A stretch of 64,000 nt of DNA from Octopus sinensis. Taxonomy: Eukaryota. The stretch lies in assembly GCF_006345805.1 (NCBI RefSeq), contig NC_042998.1, positions 184,946,001-185,010,000 of the forward strand, written 5' to 3'. Below are positions 1 through 12,939 of this stretch, one piece after another. Position 1 is the first letter of the stretch. Every line of letters starts with the position of its first letter. Position numbers and translations under genes: made by a program. The notes beneath the pieces are model-generated. The model was given only the letters and a program-made list of their open reading frames with translations, did no database searches and had not been told where the DNA came from.

Positions 1-714
1 GTAGAAATACAGTAGTAGTAGTAGTGTAGTAGTAGTAGTCACAACATGTTTATATACAACTATAAATGCATAAATGTTTTAATAAGAAAACGTTTCTTTG
101 ATGAGGGGGAAAGAAAATAATAAAAAAAAGAAGAGAAAAGTAAAAAAGAAAAAAAAGGCCAGCCTAAGATACTAAGCAGCATTTATGAAGCTGTTCTGGC
201 GACACAGCTAATTTAAGCGAAACCCAAGTGACGTTATATGCGTGCAGAGAACGCCTGGTTGCACTTCCATGTTGTTTCTATCGTTGGGTCGGCTGGGTGG
301 CGGACGGGCGAACGTTGGACCGGCTTGGGTGGGGTACAGGGGATAGCTTAAAGAGACAAACTCTAAACAACAAACCAGCAAACCAACACAAAACATAGCA
401 AAAGTGAAGCCAAACAGTGAAATTGTAAACGAAAAGAAAGAAGGCTGAAGAGATAGACGAGAGAGAGAGAGAGAGAGAGAGTAAGGATGGGAGAGAAAGA
501 AAATGGAGAGAAAGAAGGAAAGAGAAAAGCAAAGAAAGAAAGAAAGGAAGGAAGAAGTAGAGAAAGAAGGAAACAGAGACAGTGAGAGGGAGAGAGAGAA
601 AGAGAGAGAAAGAAAGAAAGAGAGGAAGAAAGAATAAAAGTGCCAATATATTTGATAGCGTTTGTTATATGAAGTACATATTGCTTGCTCATGCGTGAAT
701 GAAATTATGTTGAA

Positions 715-753
<39 letters not shown>

Positions 754-1042
754 TGTGTGTGTGTGTGTGTGCGTACGTGTGCGGCGAGTAGATATAGAAA
801 ATAGCGGAGGTGGTTGTGCTGGTGGTGGTGGTGGTGGTGATAGCGAAAGAGAAAGAAGGAGAAGGGTGGGCTGATATATTTAGGTATACACATACACACA
901 CACATATTTATGCATATACATGCATAAATATTCATGTATGTATAGATGTATAGATATATACATACATACACACATACACACATGTATAGATATATACATA
1001 CATACACACATACAGAGACTCATGCATATATAGAGTAGATAT

Positions 1043-1076
<34 letters not shown>

Positions 1077-1343
1077 GTGTCTACTCTACATGCACTATGT
1101 AAAGATATCTACCTATCTATATAATATATATATATATATGTGTGTGTGTGTGTATGTATGTACATATATGCATATATATAGAGTGTCTACTCTATATGCA
1201 CTATATAAAGATATCTATCTATCTATTTATCTATATAATATATAAATACATATATATATATAATATATGTATATATATACATATATATATATATACATAA
1301 ATATATTAATATATATAATATATAGAGAGAGAGAGAGAGAGAG

Positions 1344-1409
<66 letters not shown>

Positions 1410-1548
1410 AGATATAGATATTTTTACATACATATATATATATATATATGAAGATATGTGAGTGTATTAGTATGTACGTGTATGCGTGCATGTATCTATT
1501 TTGTGTGCGTGTGCATGTGTGAAAGTGTGAAAGTGTGAGGCATTGGCG

Positions 1549-1579
<31 letters not shown>

Positions 1580-1992
1580 TGACAGACAGACAGACAGACG
1601 CATAAATGAACAGACTTACTCAAAAATAGTGACAGAGGCAAAAAGAAAATTTAGAAAAATAAACAAAATGAGTTGAGAATATGGAAAGACTGAAAGAGAG
1701 TGAGGAATGAGAGAGAGGGAGGGAGTGATTGAGCGACACACACACACACACACCACACACATACACATATACTCACACGGCGTACACACATGCATTCAAA
1801 CGAAGATTATACATTCACACACGTTCACGCATGCGTAGATACATACATGCTGACATACGTGCACGCCAACGCAAATACACACTCACGTAGACGTATATGT
1901 GTGCACATATATGTGTGTGTATATATACATACATATACATACATACATACATACATGCATGCATACATATATATATATATACATACATACAT

Positions 1993-2044
<52 letters not shown>

Positions 2045-2184
2045 TATGTATATATGTATGTATATATATAAAATATTATATATGTATATATTATATATAT
2101 ATGTTATATAATATATGTATATATATATGTAATATATATAAATATATATATATATGTATATATATATGTATATATATCTATATG

Positions 2185-2235
<51 letters not shown>

Positions 2236-2248
2236 GTGTGTGTGTGTG

Positions 2249-2294
<46 letters not shown>

Positions 2295-2521
2295 GGAGTA
2301 TATAAGTATGTGTAAATGTATGTAAGTATAAGACACATACATATCCATGCATTCATATGAACTGACGTAAATTAGGATAGATTCCGTCGAAGAAATATTA
2401 AAATTGAAATTCAAAGAAATGAAAGAAAACAGGGTGTAGGTGGCGGTAAGAGAGAAAGGGAGAGGGAAGCTGTGGGAGGGAGTCACGCAAGTAGACAAAC
2501 ACATTGTGACAGTGATGGCTG

Positions 2522-2595
<74 letters not shown>

Positions 2596-2714
2596 GATAG
2601 GATAGACAGACAGACAGACAGACAGTATGACAGACGGACGAACGGATGGATGGATGGACGAACAAACAGACAGACAGACAGATTGATAGATAGATAGACA
2701 GACAGGCAGACAGG

Positions 2715-2746
<32 letters not shown>

Positions 2747-2889
2747 ATATAGTAGATGATAGATAGATAGATAGATAGATAGACAGAAGACAGACAGATA
2801 GATAGATAGTAGATAGATAGATAGATAGTAGATATAGACAGACAGACAGACAACAGATAGTATAGATAGATAGATAGATAGATGATAGA

Positions 2890-2923
<34 letters not shown>

Positions 2924-2940
2924 CAGACAGACAGACAGAC

Positions 2941-2984
<44 letters not shown>

Positions 2985-3202
2985 TGATAGATAGATAGAT
3001 TATAGATAGATAGAAAGGTGTGAATGGATGGGAATATTTGGAAAGAAATATTCAACAAAGAATTTTCATTTTTGGATAAATACGGAAGATTTTCTTCCGC
3101 TCACCCTATCCTAAATACATATAGAAATGAAAGGAGGAGAAGGAAAAAAAGAGTAAGTTAAAGAAAAGAGAATGTAAATATGGAGAGAATACCATAAGAT
3201 GA

Positions 3203-3233
<31 letters not shown>

Positions 3234-3283
3234 CATGCATACATATATATATAACGCTATATAGGACAATAGATATATATACG

Positions 3284-3316
<33 letters not shown>

Positions 3317-3321
3317 TATAT

Positions 3322-3358
<37 letters not shown>

Positions 3359-3452
3359 TGTACATATATGTATGATGCATGCATATATGCGTACTATGTA
3401 TTGTATATATGTATATATGCATAATATGCATACATTACATATATATATATTA

Positions 3453-3498
<46 letters not shown>

Positions 3499-4100
3499 TT
3501 ATATATACAGATACATACATACATACATGCATACATACATACATACATACATACATACATACTACATACATACATACATACATACATATGTTTGGAGATA
3601 CATGTGAAATTGGTGCCGGAAGCAATATTCTTGCTGAAAATATGAAAGAAAAAAATAAAAGGCAGAGAAGGACAGTAAAGAATTAAAGAAGGGAAAGAAA
3701 GGAAAATCTAAGGAATGATACGACGGTAGATTTTCAGTCGGTGATGATTCATTTTGCTTTTCGTCTTGTGAAATCCCAGTGAAAACGGCTGAGTATTCCA
3801 TAGACATGTGACCGTTAGAGTAACGTACAGACTAAGTCATCATGACAGAATGTAACTGGAGCGGATCTTTGAAATCCACGAAGGAACTATGAATAAAATG
3901 AAACAGAGAGAAGAATCAAATTCAGTGCTGAATTAGTACTTATTAACTCGAGTCGGAATGGCGATTTGATCTCAAAACACGGGGTGTCGTAACAAATGCT
4001 GCAAGGTGGTGTATCTGACGCATTAACAATCCTGACATTAGCTGCTTTCAAAAGAGACAGATAGACAGACTGACAGCTAGCTAGATGGTAGATAGATAAA

Positions 4101-4163
<63 letters not shown>

Positions 4164-4260
4164 CCGGAGTAAACACAATGTGAAACAAGGTGGAAAAAAA
4201 GAGTATTCAAATACCAGGGGTAGAGTATATGCTTCATTTAAAAGTAGCAGAAATTCAACA

Positions 4261-4305
4261 AGACCTGTTACTCGGAGTTTCACGTTCCCGTTCGTCGGAC
4301 AGTTT
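4261..4305 (-). ncRNA. Type I hammerhead ribozyme motif, family A, inverted copy
   Basis: Reverse complement of the 4326-4376 motif; core at 4292-4298, GUA at 4269-4271. Confidence 0.7.
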
Positions 4306-4325
4306 TTGTTGTTAAAATTTTTGTT

Positions 4326-4376
4326 AACAAACTGTCCGACGAACGGGAACGTGAAACTCCGAGTAACAGGTTTGTT
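4326..4376 (+). ncRNA. Type I hammerhead ribozyme motif, family A (U4C core variant)
   Basis: Stem I aacaaactgt/acag(g)tttgtt; core CCGACGA 4336-4342; stem II acg-ggaa-cgt; GAAA 4353-4356; short stem III act-ccg-agt; GUA triplet 4363-4365. Confidence 0.75.
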
Positions 4377-4397
4377 GAATTTCTGCTGCTTTAAATA

Positions 4398-4437
<40 letters not shown>

Positions 4438-4611
4438 ATAATATATATTATATATATATATATATATATTATATAAACAAGCACATACACACATACATGC
4501 ATAGATAAGAACAATATGGGTGACATAGAAGGTAGAACTTCAAACACATGGGCTGAGTCAAATATGTTTTATAGAAAGGTACATCAAGGATATTATTATT
4601 TTTATTACTAT

Positions 4612-4826
4612 TAAGGCAGCGATCTGGCAGAATCGTTAGCACGCCGGGTAAAATGCTTAGCGGCATTTCGCCTGCCCTTATGTTCTGAGTTCTAATACCA
4701 TCATAATTGACTTTGCCTTTTATCCTTTCGGGGTCGATAAATTAAGTGCCAGTGAAACACTAGGATTGATGTAATTAACTAGTCCCCCTCCCCACAACTT
4801 CAGACCTTGTGCCTATAGTAGAAAGG
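4612..4826 (+). mobile_element. tRNA-derived SINE, family M (MetaSINE-like central domain)
   Basis: A-box-like gatctggcagaatcgttag, B-box-like gagttctaatacc, central gactttgccttttatcctttcggggtcgataaattaagt, 3' end agaaagg followed by (att)n. Confidence 0.8.
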
Positions 4827-4847
4827 ATTATTATTATTATTATTATT

Positions 4848-7370
4848 CAGTAGTTTTATTATTCAGTACTTTTATTTTTATAGTGTACTTTCACTTCACT
4901 ACCGTGCGCAGCTCTGTGTGCCTTGGGTATGCGCTGTGATTTGTTGTGATGCTCTGATGGTTACTGTATTGAAAGTGTTTTGCGGAGGATGTGTGCAGTG
5001 CCCAGTAGTGCAATTTTCTGTATGCTATATATATTTGTAAGTCCTAGTGTTTTTGTTATGTATTTGTCTGAATATTTTTTTATCATGCATAATGCGCCTA
5101 CTATGATAGGAATTGTTTCTGTTTTTAGATTCCGTCCGTTTAATTTTGACTTAAAGATCAGTCTCAGTCTGCGCAAGTACACCACCTTAAATTTTTCTGT
5201 CATTTCGTTCTCCATCGATTTATCCATTTCCCAAGTCCCCAAGTACTTATAGTCCGTCTCTTCTATCTGCTTCATAACCTTCCCTGACGGTATCGTTAGT
5301 CCGTCCATACATTTGATTTTGCCTCTCTTCATGACTAACAAACCACACTTTCGCAGTCCGAACTCCATTCTGATATCAGCACTGAATGTATACACCGTAT
5401 GAACGAGGGAACTGACTTGGGCTTATCTTTACCATAAAGATTGTGGTCATCCATGAATAACAGATGGTTGACATTTTGTTGACGGCTTTTTTATACATAC
5501 CCAGCTTTTGCTTTCTTCAGAATCAGTGCTAGTGGTACCACGCACAGTACAAACATCAGTGGGGCGGGCAGTCCCCTTGGAAGATACCCCTCCTAATTTC
5601 TACTGCCCCTAAACTTCTTCCGTGTGTTGTCAGGTCCGTCCTCCAATTCACCATACTTTTTCCAATCAATCACTCAACATTCGATGCAATACCAAATAGG
5701 TTCATATACTTCATAATCCAAGAATGTGGGATCATCGTACGCCTTACGATAGTAGATCCATGACATGACTAAGTTACTTTTCCTCCACTTGCAGTCTCTA
5801 AGTACAGTCTATCAGGAGTTGATCCTTGGTACCTCTGCACTTACGCTTGCAACCCTTCTGCTTATGTGGTAGGAAACCATTTTTTTTCTAGATGTTCGTA
5901 CATTGACTCCGCAAGTATTCCAGTCAATAACTTCCACATAAGTGGCAATCAGGATATCAGCCTGTAATTGTCTACCGTATCGACTTTTTCGATATTTTTC
6001 AGGCACAGCACTGTCCTACCCAATGTCAACCACTCTAGTGTTACTTGGTCGGCATTTAACAAGGTGTTGAGTTGCACAGCTATTCGTGAATGACATTCAC
6101 CAAATCTTTTGATCCAGTAGCCTTGAACTCCATCTGGTCCTGGGGCCTTCCAGTTGCTCATTTTTTTGCTGATTTCCTTAACTTCCCTAACTGAAATTAC
6201 TAGTTCTGCCTGTTTTGGACAGACTACTGTTTAGTTCAGTTCTTGCAACCATTCAGTATCCTTCCTGTGCCCCTTGTCTTTGGTCCAGACGTCACTCCAA
6301 AACCTTTGACTTTCAATGTTATCTGGTATCAACTTTTCATCTGTACATCCTCCATTTATTTCTTTATAGAATCTCTTCTGATCTACTCCGAATAACCAAT
6401 TCTGATTGTAACCCTTCATTCTTTGGTCGTATCTTACCATCTTTGCTTTCTTTGCAACGAGGCGCTGTTTCAGTTCCTCCATTACTAATTTCAGGCACTT
6501 TCTTTCAATATTATACTTCCTTTTCAGCGCCCTATATTTTTGTTCGCTTTTAAGCTCCCCTTTCTCTTTTCGGTCCAGCGCAAAGATTTCCTTCGAGAGC
6601 ATGTCTAACCCTGCCTGGATTCTTCTTTTCCACCATGCATCTTTTCTTTGTCACTTCCATTCTTTTTCTTGGCATCAACACCCACGTTTTCTGCTACAAC
6701 AATACTTGCTGCCTTGATCAAATTATTTGTTTCTCTGGTGTTGTTTGTTGTGATGTATTTCAGACATTTTTCAGAGAGTTTTCAATTCCATCGATCAACC
6801 TGTTTAAGATTGCAAATAATGTCACTATCGTTCTACTGTAGTCTTACCTTTATTCTGTTGTAAATTGCCTTTGTTCATCTGTCATGTCACCATTAGTTTT
6901 ATTGTCTTATTTTAGATCATTTATATGTCTCCTTTCCTGTGCTATGAGATTACTCTTATTAGTAAGAACTGTATTTTCATTGTTATCTCTGCTGCTATTT
7001 TCCATGACCCGTCTTTTGATAGCTTCGTGCTCTACTTCTGTGAGCCAACATTTTTTTCTTATTGCTCTAGCTTGATCACATAGTCTCTGTTCCGGGAGTT
7101 GAAACAATCCCTTTTCTCTCCAATGATCATATGTTGTCGGTAACGTATGTATAATCATAAAAACGTTGTAGGTAACGTTTGTATGATCATTTGAGCACCA
7201 TTTTCATCTACCGGGCTGCTCCATGACCACAACATTAATTTGTTTGCTCCATCTACGCCGTGTGTGGTGGTCCCTTTCTGGATATCGATAGGCTGGAGCC
7301 AGAGCAGAATCTCTGAGCCTACCGGGTGTAACACTGTCACCATCTTTGGCTTCAGTCTCATTACCACCGT
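4848..7370 (-). mobile_element. Decayed R4/Dong-type non-LTR retrotransposon; chimera of family-B body and family-A 3' end
   Basis: ORF pieces QRLCDQARAIRKK, RYDQRMK, SNWKAPGPDGVQGYW and YKYLG match the 29-31 kb copy. The last ~280 bp (KTETIPIIVGALC...LGTAHILRKTLSIQ plus 3'UTR) match 36331-36600. Ends in (aat)n. Confidence 0.9.
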
Positions 7371-7988
7371 TATTCACAATATTCTGTTTTTTCCATTGTC
7401 ACTCATACGAGGTAGTGATTATCAGGTTGCGCAATTACCAATGTTTTTATTGTGACACCATCACTAGATATATCATTAATCAGCCCATAAGGAGGCTCCA
7501 CTCGTTCCCTTTCATTATTATTATCATCAAATATATCACTGATATTATTGTTTTTATGTGTAGTAGCAGCAGTGGTTGCAGCAAAAGCAACAGTAGCAGG
7601 AGTGGGGGTAGTGGTAAGGGTGGTAGTTGGGCCTCAGATTACAGTGCTATCATAATAGTAGTAGTTCTAGTATTATTGCAGTATTAGTAGTATTTAGTAT
7701 CAGCAGCTGCAGCACATTATTATTATTTTTATTTTTATCATTATCACCATCACTACCATTACCATTGTTGGAGGGAATAGTTGGGTAGTAGCTTGGTGAA
7801 TAGATCATATTCTACAGGTCTATAAATAGCTTCCGTAGATGGTGGGGAGGTCAGCCAGAGAGACAAAAGAATCTCTGCACTCTTTGGGTCAGCAGAGGTT
7901 AAATGTGTTTACTACTACCAGTGGCCACTGAGAACGCTACCTTGAAAAGAAGCAATTCAACGTGTTCTATTTGTAATTACTGGTAGAA

Positions 7989-8029
<41 letters not shown>

Positions 8030-8032
8030 TAT

Positions 8033-8115
<83 letters not shown>

Positions 8116-8279
8116 TACATGCACATATATACACACACATATATTTATATATACACACAAACACATATATACTGATATTCACATCGTTGAATTTTTTAAT
8201 TTCTGAATTCACTTGTGTTGTTGCAATAAAAGGTGTGTTTACGTATTTGGGTAATATATTTTAAAAGCTTTTTAAGCTT

Positions 8280-9355
8280 TCTTGAGATGTTCGTTTGTCT
8301 GTCCAGTTGGAGAATACAGTAGGACTTTTGCAATGAAAAGGATGTTTACATTTTCGAATACTCAGAGATAGTCAAAAAGAAAAGAAAACAAGTTGTAGAT
8401 AGTAAAGTTTTAAGAATTACTAAATATTGTTTTTTGTATGACCGCACAGAGAGAAATGGTAGTGTTCTTGGAATAAAAAGGAGGATGATGTTTACATTTT
8501 CGAATAATCAGGGAGAGAGGAAAGGATAAGTATTCACACAGTAGTTGTAGATATTAAAGGGGTTTTTGTTTTTTTTTAAAGTTGATTGTTTGTGTGTTCA
8601 AAAGCTGTAGGTATGTAAGTTTCCTAACTTATTTTATTTTGAGGGAGATTTAAAATATTCACAGGAAATTATAGATATTCCAGAGGAAGAGATGTTCACC
8701 TTATTGGATTTTTGAATTTCAGAATTTCTTTTTCTTTTAGAAGTTTTCATTTCTTTTAAAAAGTTTTGCTGAGGTTTACAGTTTTTGTAGTTGTGCAGTA
8801 TGTATATATTGGCAGGTGCTTACTTCCTTAATTATTATCGTGCATTTAATTGTGTTGTTACAATAAAAGGCATATTTATATATTCTCTTAGTCCGGGGAA
8901 GAAAGGAAGACAAAATGGTCGCACAAAATTGGAGATATTAAAGTTTCTAAATTTTTTAAGGTGTTCGTTTGTATGTTCGTTCAGAGAAAACTGTGGTGTT
9001 TTACTTTAACAATAAAAAGGAAGTTTAGATTTTCGAAAATTCAGGGGAAAAGGAACGGAAAGAAAAAGAAGTTAAACTTTTTTCACGGAAAATTGTAGAT
9101 ATGAAGTTTTTTTATATATTTACTGGAGATGATCATTTGTCTCTTCGAACAGAGAAAACTGTAGTGTTCTTGGAATAAAGAGGATGTTTACATTTTTGAA
9201 TACTCAGGAGGGAAGGAAATGATAGGTATTCACAGGAGGTGTAGATATTAAAGGTTTTAAAACTGATTGTTTATGTGTTCGAAAGCTGTAGATATGTAAT
9301 TTCCTTAACTTATTTTGAGGGAAATTCAAAATACTCACAGGAAACTGTAGACATT
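8280..9355. repeat. Degenerate tandem repeat, ~150-bp subunits with a ~680-bp higher-order duplication
   Basis: ggatgtttacattt-tcgaata-tcag recurs near 8340, 8489, 9020 and 9182; block 8460-8690 is repeated at 9150-9355. Confidence 0.7.
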
Positions 9356-9401
9356 CTCAACTGGTTAAGGTCAAACAACTGACAAGCAAATCTGTGTATT
9401 A

Positions 9402-9447
<46 letters not shown>

Positions 9448-9477
9448 CATTATTATATTATTATTATTATTATTATT

Positions 9478-9647
9478 CAGTAGTCTTATTATTATCACAT
9501 ACTTTCACTGCACTACCGAACGCAGCTCTGTGTGCCTTAGTAAGTGCTGTGGTTTGTTGTGGTGTTCTTATTTTCATTGTATTGAAAGTGTTTTACGTAG
9601 GATGTGTGTGGTGCCTAGTAGTAGAGCTATTTCTATATGTTATATAT
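9478..9647 (-). mobile_element. 5'-truncated family-A Dong 3' stub between (TTA)n arrays
   Basis: Matches 36435-36600 (LGTTHILRKTLSIQ plus 3'UTR gcacacagagctgcgttcggtagtg); (att)n on both sides. Confidence 0.85.
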
Positions 9648-9859
9648 ACATTATTATTATTGTTGTTGTTCAAAATTCCAGGACTTCAGGTTATATATAT
9701 AGGTGTTTCTTAGCTTGTGTTTCCTCGGTTAAGAATCACCTCAATATCCGGGGAATAATACTACATGTATTTAAGCCATTGAACGGAATAATGACAACTT
9801 GGGAACCAGGCAAGCCCTTCACATTAAACAACACACACCAGAAATAAACAACAAAACTA

Positions 9860-10545
9860 GATTGGATCGAACAAATTGACTTATATTATTACATCACTTT
9901 ACCTACATATTTACATTTTCTCATCTTACTAACATTCCGAAACACAAATCACAAATATACCACATACAAAGCTTCCTATAACTTACCCTTTTTGGATAAC
10001 AAAATCTCAAAATATCTTACCAAGCAGTTCCCAAGATTGCTAATGGGTAAAGGCTACTCAGCATCCTTTGTTAGTCACCAGTTTGATAATAAATCCCCTA
10101 GAGGAAGTGCACAGTGTCAGTGACAATCCTTGCTTTCTGAAATTGCAGCGCTTTATTGATGAAAGCAGTCGACAAAAAGCTAACGTACGCTGGGCCTTCT
10201 TTAAGAAAATGCATATCTGGAAATCAAGCCACGCACTATATTCTCACTGGCCAACTTCTCCTTTATCAATATTGGCAAGTATTTGTGTGCCTACATGGAA
10301 TACCACAGTGTTTGTAATAAATGCGATGAAACTTATATTGGAAGCACTGTCCGTAAATTGCACACCCGTGCTAAATAAAACTTGATTACATATGTTTCCT
10401 CCGTCGAATAAATGAAAAATAAACATCCAGAGAAATGTCGTAATCAAGATACTTCGTTCTACATCAAAGATACGGAACGAAATATGAGAAGTTCGAGGAT
10501 TAAGGGAGCTAGCCTTATCAAAAAGCTTAATTCCCACAGCAGATA
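9860..10545 (+). pseudogene. Penelope-like element GIY-YIG endonuclease remnant
   Basis: Frame at ~10315 reads CNKCDETYIGSTVRKLHTRAK, then KHPEKC...IKDTERNMRSSRIKGASLIKKLN, a typical PLE endonuclease C-terminus; contains stops. Confidence 0.7.
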
Positions 10546-10654
10546 CACACGCACAGACACACACACACACGCACAGACAGACAGACAGACACACAGACAG
10601 ACACACAGACACACAGACACACACACACACACACATATATATGTATATGTATAT

Positions 10655-10815
10655 ACGATAGGTTTCTTTCAGTTTCCGTCTACTAAATCCATTCACAGGG
10701 CTTTGTTCAGCCTGAGGCTATAGTAGAAGCCACTTGCCTAAAGTGCTACACAGTGGGACTGAAACTGGAACCATGTGATTGGGAAGCAAGCTTTTTATCA
10801 CACAGCCACGCCTAT
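10655..10815 (-). mobile_element. tRNA-derived SINE, family C (CORE-like), head
   Basis: Reverse complement of 13789-13945; tRNA-like head and ggcaagtg CORE-like segment. Confidence 0.8.
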
Positions 10816-11022
10816 ATATATATATATATATAAAGGAAGTGTTTCTGCATTGGAAGAATATATGTAATCATCAGATATATGGTTCTACCAACACATCTTC
10901 TGGTTCATTTTTCAGAATATTGTTCAGCTATTTTTACACACCATAAAAATTAAGTGTTAAATTAAAATTAAACATTAAAATTTTACATTTAATTACAGAC
11001 TTCATTTTGATTTATAATTATA

Positions 11023-11350
11023 CTAGCAGTATCGCCCGGCGTTGCTCGGGTTTGTAAGGGAAATGACTATATAAGCATTTTTAGAGAGTTATAGCCAAGA
11101 AATAGCAAAAAAATGCATTAAAAATGGAAAAAAATTATGGTAATTTTTTTTTTTAAATCGTAGACTCCTCGTAGACATTTTTAGAGAGTTACTTCCCTTA
11201 TATAATAGCGAAAAATATGCATTAAAATGGAAAAAAATGATGGTAAATTTTTTTTTAAATCGTAGACTCATCGTAGACGCGCGCAAAATGTGGGAGTAGT
11301 TAGGAATCTAAATCGTAGGAGACAGACACAAATCTCTCTTTTATGAAAGA
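11023..11350 (-). mobile_element. Non-autonomous Helitron H1 with internal deletion
   Basis: 5' TC at 11350, 3' CTAG at 11023, subterminal cccgagcaacgccggg hairpin, A|T insertion site. Internal deletion at cgc microhomology near 11283. Confidence 0.85.
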
Positions 11351-11399
11351 TATTATATATATCTATATATAATATATATATATATATATATAATATATA

Positions 11400-11469
<70 letters not shown>

Positions 11470-11476
11470 TAATATA

Positions 11477-11539
<63 letters not shown>

Positions 11540-12939
11540 ATATATAAATACTACTGGGTTGTATATTGTTCGCGTTTTATAGTTAATTTCTTGAAATAAA
11601 GTTGCATTTATTTGACTCAGAAGTGTAAACGAAGTATATGGTGCTATGTTTTCCTTTGAGGTTTTCTAGTTATTTGAAAGAAATGATTTTATTGTGGGAG
11701 GTATTCTTTGGATGACGTGTATGTGTGTGTGTGTGTATGTTTGTTTGTGTGTGTGTGGTGATGAGAGATTGATGGGTTTTCAGCAAATGAATATCTCTTT
11801 TTGTGTTAAGGAAAAAAATGAAGGTGTATGAATATGATTTGCTATTCAGTGGGTTCCACACACCACACAACCCATAACGCACAAAAAAAAAAAACTGACT
11901 TCAAATAAAAGCAGAAGAAGAAAACAGTGAAAAACCATATTTGTTCTTTCCCTACCGAAAATAAATACCAAGTGAATGAAGCACCCATTCATCTTTTGCA
12001 CTTTTAGCTTTTGTGTCCAATAATTAAAACTACGATTTCAAATAATCCCAAGGTTCGGAGATTTCCGGCTGGGACCAAACTATTAATAAGGTGAGGAATT
12101 GAGCTTTGACATTCCCACTATAAAATCGTTACTCGTTAAACGTCGTGAGTTCATTTTTGTTTTTCGGTTATCGTTCGTAGCACGGTATTAGAGGAGTATT
12201 TTCTTAATTATTTTCTTCTTAAAACTGAAAGCGGTGAGCTAGAAGAATCGTTTAAAGTCCCTAGTGGCATTTTTCCCGCCTTTAAGACATGAGTTCAAAT
12301 TGCACCGAGATCGGTATTGGTGCATGAAACTTGGTCCATGAAAGCAGTCACGCTTATATCGTTGGCAGACGGTTCTTACCCGCCAACGATATAAATGTAT
12401 GAGCGGTCCTCTCAAGGCAAATAATGTAGTATTCGGTGTACTAACAACATTCACGTTAAGCTGGATAAGAAGATTGTCATTCACACGCATACATATATAC
12501 GAACATACATAACCATCCTTACATACATAAATACAGAGATACACACACACACACACACACACAACTATATATTATATATTTATATATATACATATATATA
12601 TGCATATGTATTACACATATATATAAATAATATATATATATATATTATATATACATATATATATGTATATATATATATATGTTGTGTGTGTGTGTGTGTG
12701 TGTGTGTGTAGTTCAGTTATTGGGATTTCAATCAATAGATTTGTGGGTATTCGATTTCAGATAATGCAAAAAGAACATAACGAGTATTTATGATGGAAAC
12801 CTCGTGGCATTTATATGCACATCAAGAAATAATACTTGAGGATAAAACCAGTACAATAGCAGGGTATAAAATATAATACCTTAGTTAGCTCTTACTTGAG
12901 TTAAAACTATAATTAGAAAGGAACTACACGTGTGTCTGT

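Larger units (their letters stand above)
4237..4395. repeat. ~70-bp-arm inverted repeat; each arm holds a hammerhead motif
   Basis: The perfect core acctgttactcggagtttcacgttcccgttcgtcggacagttt (4263-4305) is reverse-complemented in the right arm (about 4329-4371). Arms extend with few mismatches to tttaaa at both ends. Confidence 0.95.

Noticed and set aside
660-3700. Many overlapping 60-250 aa ORFs ([12 protein letters not shown])
   Set aside because: They are translations of (TA)n, (TG)n and (GATA)n microsatellites; the same applies to similar ORFs throughout the window.
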